NCBI RefSeq assembly: GCF_009914755.1
Contig: NC_060937.1
Reading direction: 5' to 3' (one strand)
DNA from: the human T2T-CHM13v2.0 reference genome, Homo sapiens
Length of the DNA stretch: 64,000 nucleotides
Below the pieces are notes generated by a model. The model searched no databases. It was not told where the DNA came from and was given only the letters and a program-made list of their open reading frames with translations. Position numbers and translations under genes: made by a program. Of the stretch, positions 54,531 to 64,000 are shown piece after piece; within the stretch, counting starts at the first letter, position 1; each line of letters opens with the position of its first letter.

Positions 54531-57500
54531 CCTGTGAAGTTTGCTTTAAAAATACCCAGATATAGGAATAAGTACATGACAGCCAATCTGCTCTTCCCAG
54601 GATTACATTCCATGGGATTCTCCACTTTATTCGTATTGCAATAAGTAGTCTTGCCTATAGTCCTCAAATAAAAAGAGTAGATAAATGACAGAAATCTAAA
54701 TATTTAAATTATCCAAAATATTTGATTTTGTTATGACTTTTGACCTCTTACCAAAAATGGAACAGGCAAAGTTTAAACATGGCTTCAGCCACTTTTCTGT
54801 CACTGTCGTTTCATCTGATGATCAAATGGGAATGAGCAGGAGATTCACGGCTCATATTATGCACAGAGTGAGTTATTCAACTTCATAAGACATAAATCTG
54901 ACAGAATCATTATCCCGGAGCTCAATGACAACAGAGTCCTAAGAAGGTCCACAGTATATTCTCCAGTTTCTTCTTTATGAGTTCACCATCATCTCCTCTT
55001 TTGACACTCAGTGAGTTCACACACAGTGTGGTTCTCAAGGCCTTCCCATTCTGTTCAACAGGCATTATGAGAGCTCAGCGGCAGAGGACCACGGCCTCTT
55101 CAAAAGAGTGAACCAAATAGGGCGAAGGTAGCTTTGTCCCTAGGCATTCTTTAATGACATGATATAAATTTCAAAGAAGAATTCTAATAATTCAAAACAG
55201 GTAACACCATTTTTTTCACATTAATTTAAATGATTCTATTTATAATGAATTCAGAAATCATTAAATTAAATGTAGTATCATTTAAAGGAAGTGAAAATTG
55301 GATTATTCTAACTAATCTTTAAAATGCCTTTACAGATGCCAAAAAAATTGTTTAATTTCCTTTTGGTTTTATTTCTTATGAACAAGTATGCTGAGTTACA
55401 ATAGCTGCATTTTCCACTTCATAACTAACAAGGAATGCCACTTCACAGAATAAAAAGGGAATAATGAAGGCATAGTGAGAAGTCGCAGGACATCCTACTC
55501 AAAAGCTAATCCACCAGCTACTATTAAGGAAACAGTCAGTGTGTAATGGGTAACTCAGGACTCAAGAGTACTTTTTCCGTTCAGAAGTAGTGGGTGGAAA
55601 GTTCCAATGAAGAAATTACCAGGGTTACATTATGCTCTAACATTTTGTTCTTCTAAGCAGTCTGTTTTAAAAGCATACTCATATTCCAGGGCTCATTGGT
55701 CGTGGAATTTCAGACTGGTTTGCTGTTTTCTCTTGATGCCTGAAATACAGGTAATACTTTGCATTTTTAAAATGCATTTCATTCCTATGTTCTGAGAGGA
55801 GGCATTGTATCAGAATCTTTTGTGCACTCAGCTAATGATCCATAGTAAGATCCCATTATCAATCAGGTTTGTCGGTATCGAACTTCATAAACAACTGATG
55901 GTAATCTTTGCTATGAAAAGTGTGGTACTGGGCTTAGTCACTCATAGCCCATGATAACAGAAGAGGTCACTAGTCCCAGCCGTCAAATACAGAAGTTAGG
56001 TCCTAGAAATCTTGAGAAGGTGTAAAAGTTGTCTAATATAGCCCATCCATCACTGTTGTCTAATTGGGAATTTCTTCATGGCCTCGTGGGAGTTTGTATT
56101 TCAGACACTCCGTAAGTGCCATAGATCAAGTCACTACTGCTAGCTTCTCTCATTGTTAAGTTATTGTGTTTGTCCCCACTTTATTATCTGTATGTCAACC
56201 CAGAACCAGAGCAGCTTCTGAGGAGTTCTGGGATTAGGATGTAGCTTACAAGGATGGGGCCTACAATAAAGTGGGGATAAAGCTACTTCTTCATATGGAT
56301 GACCTCAGCCATCATTCAGTTTCTGCCACTGCTGCAAGCTCAAATTCTACCACATAGAGAAAATTTGTCCTAAAGATCAAGAAAACATATCATTGATTCC
56401 AATGAGAGGTCCTTACTCTTCTAACATTTTGGAAACCTTGTTTGAATAGGTCACCATACATGGATATATCCACTTAATGGAAAAAGAAGAACAGACTAAA
56501 AATAATTAGAAATGTGGGATTGACATAAATTCAGAGGGATCTTGAACACGGTACTGCTTTACCAGTCAGTACAGAGATAGAGCTGTTAACATCAGCTTAT
56601 TAATTGCTGAAGGGGAAGCTGATAGGTTCTTCTTTTATTTTAAAACCTTGAAACTACATCATTGTATGATCCCGGGACATTTTAAGATGAATTTGGCAGT
56701 CTTATAGCATAAGGAAATAATTGAGTTTGATCTGTAGACCTCATTACTAGCAGAAGGCCACATGGGGATCCACACATTTTTTAGGAAGCAGGAATATTGA
56801 AAGGAGATTTCAACCATCAGAGGTCGACGTCCATAGAGCCTGTAACCTCCATTTTCCATTCCTTGTTGGTGCAGCCTGACTAATGATAGTCACTGGTCCT
56901 CACCAGTTAGAAGATGATGGAAAGCCATTTAAGAAGTAAATTCAATAATGCTTCCAGAAAATTCAGTTCTGTTCGTCTCCACATATCCTAGAAGGGACTG
57001 CCACCCACTCCAGTTGTGGGAATTAAAGGCACAGTGTGTATGAGCTGCCCCCAGCTGTGGTCTGGCAGAGGACAAGCTAATTAGAAGAGAGCTAACTACA
57101 TTTAGAGATGTGGAAAAGTTATCCCGGTATTTCTGGCATGCCCAGAGCTATTAATCTCTTGCCTTTGAAAAGCACTCATGCATTTCCATTTTACTCTCAC
57201 CCTTTTACTGCTGTACCTTAAGAATGTTGATCTACCTTGATCTATTGCTGTCATCCATCATCAGAATAGTAGCAACACACTCACCCAGCTATCGCTCTAA
57301 AACCCGCAGATGTCAAGCCCTGAGAGTGGGGGCTCTGGCTACGCTTCTAATGTAGAGGGCACCTGTTTATAAGGCATCATGTAAAAGCTATTACCACATT
57401 CAGAAATCACAATCCTCACAGAAACATTTTTAGGAGCCTCAGAGCAGGTTGTCTATAAGTGAAAAAGAAAGTGTGCTTATCAGCTTGCATGACAAGTGGA

Positions 57501-58340
57501 AGGCATGTGGCTTTAAAATCAGGGGGGAATGTTTTAAACAACAGCAACAGCCAGATTGCTTAGCAAAGATAGCAGGCAGTCATAAGACACTATGAAATCA
57601 ATTCGCTGGGAACACACAGAGGGCAGCCAGAAAGGAGACTCTGGTCCAGTCTTTTAAGGCACTTCCTCCCTTTCTACCCACATGAACATTATTTTACACA
57701 CTTGATGCTGATTTGTTTTTCTAAGGGTTTGAAGGTCTAAATTATTGCACTGTTTCTCCTATCCAGTATCCTTGCTTAAATCAGTGGAAATGTAATTGAT
57801 GCAAAATGGTATATTCTATTCAAAAGCATGTATTCATCTGGAATTGCTTTGGACCAGAAAATATTGTGAGGACAGACTGTCCCAATTTTATTCTTTATGT
57901 TCAAGGAACAAGTCATTTGAGGGTTCGGGGGGTGGGAGTTTCTAAGTAATAAAATATCAACACAAGCTAATTAAACAAAATATGGCTAAAAATCTTTTAC
58001 TATTAGGGCTATAATTTGGCAGATAATCTTCATAAGGCATCTGATAATGCTTATTAGATTTTAAAATGTACCACTGATATTCTCACAAAATTTGATAATG
58101 GGAAAAATATTAATATGTTACAATGCCAGCATAAACAAATATATGGAATAGAAGTGACCTGGAGAGAATGTACTTGCCTTTGAGGAAGGTGCTTTTGATC
58201 AATCTTGGTCAGTAAAGACAGGAAACTCAGGAATATGAGGCCATGACACTCCCTGACGTTGACAGTAAAAAGGTGGTTAACATTAAAGAAACCATGAAGA
58301 AGAATCCCAATATATCAAATGTCATAGGAGCACTGAGGGG

Positions 58341-58582
58341 TTTTTAACTTTTAAGTCCAGGGGTGCATGTGCAGGTTTGGTACATAGGTAAACTTGTGTC
58401 ATGGGGGTCTGTTATGCAGATTATTTCATCACCCAGGTATTAAGCCTAGTACCCATTAGTTCTTTTTCCTGATCCTCTCCCTTCTCCTCCCCTTCACTCT
58501 TCGATAGGTCCCGGTGTGTGTTGCTTCCCTCTATGTGTCCGTGTGTTCTCATCGTTTAGCTCCCGGTTGTAAGTGAGAACAT
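58341..58582 (-). mobile_element. L1PA13-like LINE-1 3'UTR (~240 bp)
   Basis: ttaagtccaggggtgcatgtgcaggtttggtacataggtaaacttgtgtcatgggg...cacccaggtattaagcctagtacccattag...aagtgagaacat; TSD gagcactgag at 58328-58337 and 58583-58592. Confidence 0.93.
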
Positions 58583-60665
58583 GAGCACTGAGTTTTAATA
58601 TGCAACAGATTTGTTTAGATGGTGAAGAATATCGCTGCTCAAAGGGTAACAGCCAATGGGTTCAGCATTGTTATCCTCGGAAATGGGCTAGGATTGAAAT
58701 TCTTCAAGAAACCTCAGGCTAAAACACCATCTCTCAACCAGATCTCTCAGCCAGCAGCTCCATCAACAGACAACATTCTTCTCAAGCATATTCAGGAAGC
58801 ACATTTGGAGGTTGTGACCACCACTGAGGATGAAATGACATCTGAGCTGGCAGGTCCCTGAGCCCCTGATCTATGCTGGCCTATGAGGAGCAAGAGAAGT
58901 AGGAAAAAGGGAATTATTAACCCACAGTATGAGTCACTAAATAATGATAATGCAAAGAATCTTAAATATCCTTCCTGTGGTTGAAATAACTGGGCAGGTC
59001 AAGAACAAGTTGTCAGTACTTATTCTTCCCTCCTACTCCTGAGTTCTTAGTCACTGCCTGAAACCTCTGACAAATCTGTCCTCGCTCTAAATACAGATAA
59101 CGAATTCTGGTGTTTAGAGCCCATGAAAGCCCCTTTTTCTATTTCACATTTCTGGAAAAAATAATGAACATATTTCAATAGAATCCATGACAAATACAAG
59201 CCCATAATAATGTCTCAGGGACACATTGTTAAGGGATTAAATGTAGCTTAATTTTTAACATAAAACATACCATCCCTGTAAAGCAGGGAATTTTCAAAGA
59301 AAAGAAACTCAATCTCATCACTACTTTCCTTCCCCTAGACAGAACTTGTTTTCCTTTTCCCCAAGGGTCTTCTTTAGGTTTTTCTTTCCCATACATTGCT
59401 TTTTGTAAGGCTGGACATCAAGTAATACCACTTGCTCTTTCTTTTGAATTAAAACAAAGTCTAATCCTGATTTTGATCATTGTATTCGAGTAACAGCATT
59501 GCTTCTTTTGACTTCGATGTTGAGGAGAACTGAAGATGCAGATCACTTACACTTGAATAGTGCCTGCAGGAGTACCACCTTTCCCCATCTCTGATGCAGC
59601 AATAACCAGCCCTTCTGGGTAGAGCCCCCAGAGAGCACCAATGTGTGGCTCATTTGAGGCCTGGGCTTAGTAGTGTTCACTGTTCGAGAGATTACATGAA
59701 TAACAAGTTGAATCTATGTTGTTTTCATAGGGACTAGAGTCCATTGGACAGTCTGCAGCTTTGTGGCAGTAGCACACTCTTGTCATTCAGCCAGTGCCAT
59801 AATCTCACAAAGAATTAAAGAAGATAAAAATAAGCAGGTGGTCCCATCTATGATGTCGTTTATCTTTACAAGAAACATACGAATCTAGAAGGTTTGAGAA
59901 AAAATTAAAGGGCAGCTCTCACTCATACCCAAAGATCCTCCATTGCCCACAGGATGGACTTTCATTCCCCCAGAGTAATCGTGATAAATATTCAAAGATC
60001 TCACTGGGATAAGCACACATCTGCGAGACAATGGTCTGAGGTGGGCAGATCTAACCTGTAATCATGCTACACACTGAAATAGGGACCTGGTTCACGGTAT
60101 TAAAAAATCAGATCCCAGAAAACAACATACCATTTTTTTTGCATTACTAGATGAATGAATGATTGATTATTTGACCTAAGTTAGGAAGATGATAAATGTA
60201 AAAGTGCTGTGTAAACTGTTCTAATAACTATATTATAACTTATACTTATTGTTATCAAGGTAATTTTGTAGAATGTTTTAATACACTTTTATTCCAAAAG
60301 TTACCAAGAACACACTAGACTTGGATCTTCCTTAAGCAGAATGGTGATTTAAGATTAACCACCCTCTTCTATTCCACCACACCTTTCTCCGTGTCAGTGT
60401 GTTAGAATTCCCTTTTATCATTTTCTCTCAATCTCATCTTCTCATATTGTCAAAAGGACCATATAAAATGACCTCATAAACTCATTTAGGCTTAGTTGTC
60501 ACCAAATAAATGTGTGAACCCTCCTGGTAAGTACAGCTGAGAGGGAATTAGAAAAACTAAGAAGGTAAATGAAGTTAAGGATCAATAAGGAGGGGTCCTT
60601 AGAAGGGTAAATAATGAGAGGTGGCTGTTCCAGCATCTCGGAAATTGTCACATAGCTACAAACCT

Positions 60666-60822
60666 ACACATATATATATATATATGTGTGCGTGTGTATA
60701 TATATAGTTATATTATATATATATAGTTACATAACTATATATATATAATATAACTATATATATACACACGCACAGATATATATAGTTACATATATACACA
60801 CACACATATATATAGAGAGAGA
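60666..60822. repeat. Compound (TA)n/(TG)n/(CA)n simple repeat containing a 43-bp-arm perfect inverted repeat
   Basis: 60687-60729 is the exact reverse complement of 60732-60774, with spacer ca. Confidence 0.95.
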
Positions 60823-61019
60823 GTTGTGGTTCTTCCTGACTTTCCTTGACATTCTTAGATGAACTGGTTTATTGATTTGTTGGGCTGTTTAGTGGAAGCT
60901 GCAGTATTTTTAGGTTTTTGGTGATCCAAGTTCCTCAAAAACATAAGCCGATAAAGCAGATAATGGTCATTCCAAAGAATTATACTATGTGATGACAAAA
61001 ATAGACCATAACTACTAAT

Positions 61020-61210
61020 AACTATCACAATGGTCATTTATTGGGCAGTCACCATGTATTGAGGCTGAAGTGATTTACATATAGGCACCCTGCCTTGCCA
61101 CGTGGCAATCCAACAAGACAGGAGTCCTATCCCTCATTTCACAGATGAGAAACTAGGCCCTGGAGACTCAGTAAAAGGGTGAAGACTTTTCCAGGATAAT
61201 ACATGGTTTA
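61020..61210 (-). mobile_element. MIR
   Basis: catttattgggcagtcaccatgt...ccctcatttcacagatgagaaactaggccctggaga...gaagacttttccaggat. Confidence 0.7.
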
Positions 61211-61445
61211 CAGGTAACTTACTAGAAAGGGCTTCACCCTTTTACTTCACTTCCTAGTCTATAAAACAGATGAATATTTCACCTTGAAAACATTAGGTAG
61301 AGAAATTGGGTTCCCTTAGCATAAGTTTTCAACCTATGTGTAATTTATTGGGGTGTGTTGCTCCCAGGCACTCAGGACAGACAGCGAGGACCTCGGGTTT
61401 TGGTTGTGGGTGCTATTGCATGCTGTGGAGAGCTGTGTGTAACCA

Positions 61446-61604
61446 TGAGTAAATGCAGACTTAGCAACACCTGTTAGAACCTGGGTGCAGTGGTATCTTT
61501 CAACTTGACGTCAGTGGCACTTTAAATGATTTCAAACAGAAGGGCTCCAGCTGGTCCCAGAGCTGCAGGGTGCCCTTATTAGGATGTGCATCATATAAAT
61601 ATAG
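61446..61604 (+). promoter_or_regulatory. Candidate cis-regulatory cluster (CRE, CArG, E-box, TATA/MEF2-like)
   Basis: TGACGTCA 61506-61513; CCTTATTAGG 61574-61583; CAGCTG 61548-61553; TATAAAT 61594-61600; motif evidence only. Confidence 0.35.
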
Positions 61605-62789
61605 ATGTGTACATAACACAAATATAGATCCCCCTTACAGTACACTCTGTGCTTGTATTGTTTGCACAGTCATAAAGAGCCTGCTCATTTTCGGAAGACT
61701 GTTTTCCCCCAGGAAATGCAACATTTTTTTTTTTTGTTTTTTGCTGTTTCAATTACAGTTGCAAAGGAAAACATTTGAAATGAAAAGTTAAAAATAAAAC
61801 CATCATTTCAAGGGAACAATGAAATGTAAGCTCAATGCACAGTAGCATTCTGGTTTTTTTTAATCTTCAACAAGTGGTTTAAAAAATTAATAATGTTAAA
61901 CATTCGATGAAATAGGAAATTAAAATGACGTGAGAAACAAACCCGAGTACATTAACTATCATCTGTTTACCTGTCCTAGAGCTAACATGTAAGGCCGAGA
62001 ACGTCTGGCAGGAGGCCATGCGATTGCTTACCACAAATAAACCCTGAACTTCTTGAATATCAACCACCCAAATCCAGAACCAACTTACTGTTGCTTTGGC
62101 CCAATTCCATGAAACAACTCATTTCCTTGGGACTCCATTAGGAAAAATTAAACTTGCCCCTTTATTTTTTATTGCTTTTTATTTTTAGATTACAAAAGCA
62201 GTATCTGTTCAATGCAGAAACCTTGGAAAACTAATAAAAACACAAAGATATTTTTAAAATCATCTGATACTCATAATTCCACTCCCCACTGTTATAATCA
62301 CCATTAACATTTTGGTATGTTTCTTTCTGGCTACTTTTCTGTGGTCCTTTACATATGTCAATTTTTCCTCCCTGACTGGTGTTTTGCCATGCATGCCGTA
62401 TGGCGCCTACTTCTCACTTAGCAATACATTATAATCTTTTGCCAAGTTTGAAATATCCTTCTCTGGCCTGATGTTTATCGATTACATAGTATTCCATTGC
62501 ATGAATTATACTATATGGTTAAATAATGTCTCTGAACCAAACGTCTAATTTTGGAGTCTTCCAGTTATTTTGCCATTTTATCTATCTACACACACGCATA
62601 AATACATAGCTCTGTATTATATGTTATATACATCATATAATGTATATAAAATTTGCATGCAATCTTTAATAACTGTTGTCAAAGATAACATAAATTACCT
62701 ACTTTACATCTATTTTTCTTTTCTTTCTTGTTAATATGACTCTGATTTTGGTCAGTGTGGAAATATCCCTGGCTAAATTATTTCAACTC

Positions 62790-63375
62790 CTATATCACGA
62801 AGTCTGGTCAATACAGTGTAAGGAGAAAATACTGAGTGGTACTTCTGGGATGGCCCTTTGGAGAGGAGCAGATGTGGCTGGCCTGTTCCTGTGCTCTTGC
62901 ATGTTTGTGTTGACCATTCCTTTTGTCTCGCCTGGGACATGGATACAATGAGCACAGGCAGGCAGCCATCTTAGGACCAAGACCTGAAAACCATGGGTTA
63001 AGGAGGGTGTGGCAGGAAGTGGGAAGGAGACTGGATCCCGACACCATGACAGGGCCATTATCCTAGCCCTGGACTACTTCCTTCTAAGTCTCATGTCATA
63101 TGAGCAAAAAACAAGGGGATATAGTCAATAATAATTTAATTGTATATTTTCAAATAACTAAAAGAGTATAATTGGATTGTTTGTAACACAAAGGATAATG
63201 ATTGAGAGGACATATACCCAGTTCTCCATGATATGATGACTGCACACTGCGTGACTGTACCAAAATATCTCACATACCCCATAAATGTATACACCTACTG
63301 TGTACTCACAAAAATTGATAAATAAACCTCTATTTGATGGAAGCCGTTTTTCAGTTTCTGTTATTCAACACAGAA
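62790..63375 (+). mobile_element. MLT1J-type LTR, split by L1MA
   Basis: gaagtctggtcaat...cttctggga...gcagccatcttaggacc...agccctggactacttccttct...tatgagcaaaaaa | aataaacctctatttg...tttctgttattc. Confidence 0.6.
63112..63326 (+). mobile_element. L1MA2/3-like 3' end
   Basis: atagtcaataataatttaattgtatattttcaaataactaaaagagtataattggattgtttgtaacacaaaggataa...taccccataaatgtatacacctactgtgtactcacaaaaatt. Confidence 0.9.
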
Positions 63376-63388
63376 CATCATACTATCT

Positions 63389-63559
63389 TTTCTGTTTTTT
63401 TTTTTTTTAAAGAGGCAGGGTCTTATTCTGTTGCCCAGGCTGCAGTGCAGTGGTGTGATCACAGATCACTGCAGCCTTGACCTCCTGGGCTCAAGCAATC
63501 CTCTTGCCTCAGCCTCTTGAGTAGCTGGGACTAGAGGCATTTACCACCACGCCTAGCTA
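63389..63559 (-). mobile_element. FRAM / AluJ right monomer
   Basis: Poly(T) then gaggcagggtcttattctgttgcccaggctg...ctcctgggctcaagcaatcctc...cacgcctagc; TSD aacatcatactatct / aacataatactatct. Confidence 0.92.
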
Positions 63560-64000
63560 CAACATAATACTATCTAACAGAGTTACCTCAGTATAAGATC
63601 TTAGAAATGAAAGTGTGGGTCTCAGGGTATACATATTTTAAAGACTTTATATTGTGATTATTAATTTGCTTCCCAGAAAGTTTGTATAAATATTAGCTGT
63701 GACCGGCTGTGTGCAAGAGTACCAGTTAGCCACAACCACTGTTGAGTATCACCCACCCCAACCCAACTCCACAGGGACGAATACACTGCATTGCTGTTTT
63801 CATTCCCCTTTCTTTGCTTACTGATAATTTCAAGGAGGGTTTGGTTTCAAGTGTTTTGTTGGCTTATATTTTCCTTCTGTGAATTTGTCATTTATATATT
63901 CTATTTGCTGCTTCTTTTAAGTTGAAGAATTGTTAGAAGAAATCATGAAGACAATTGCTGGGTTTGAATTGATGCTTGCAGCTTCTGGAGACATTTGTCT

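Larger units (their letters stand above)
62160..63930 (-). mobile_element. Old L1ME-type element (pieces ~62160-62700 and ~63585-63930) hosting younger insertions
   Basis: gattacaaaagcagta...aatcaccattaacattttggtat...cacttagcaatacatt...acatagtattccattg; cttagaaatgaaag...tgcttcccagaaagtttgta...atattttccttctgtgaatt. Confidence 0.6.

Noticed and set aside
55480-57300. Possible processed pseudogene or ERV internal remnant
   Set aside because: Manual reading of both strands gave no recognisable protein motif, poly(A) or TSD; needs a translated search

Overview
Primate (simian, probably human-like) non-coding DNA, intronic or intergenic. I find no credible protein-coding exon, tRNA, rRNA, snRNA, CpG island or CRISPR array. 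The ORF track is explained by repeats and chance ORFs. Much of the window is interspersed repeat: about 14 Alu/FRAM copies, L1PA/L1MA/L1MC/L1ME fragments, L2, MIR, CR1/L3, MaLR LTRs (THE1B, THE1C, MSTD, MLT1 types), ERVL LTRs (MLT2, LTR16, LTR33), an ERV1 LTR (MER31/MER67-like) and DNA transposons. The DNA transposons are an apparently full-length hAT Charlie3 fossil (41981-44594), a Ricksha/MuDR fragment with a recognisable MULE transposase relic (6834-7460), and MER20. Structure that a standard repeat list does not explain: (1) a ~260-bp non-repeat insert with a poly(A) tail and an exact 20-bp target-site duplication (13389-13689), i.e. an orphan retrocopy or transduction; (2) an 89-bp dispersed direct duplication 3479 bp apart (23114-23202 / 26593-26681); (3) a tail-less Alu fragment with a TSD (48055-48163); (4) a 43-bp-arm perfect AT-rich palindrome (60687-60774); (5) a compact CRE + CArG + TATA/MEF2-like motif cluster (61446-61604). 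I cannot claim a new biological system; these are testable candidates. Repeat subfamily names come from recalled consensus sequences, not a database run, and boundaries of old repeats are approximate.
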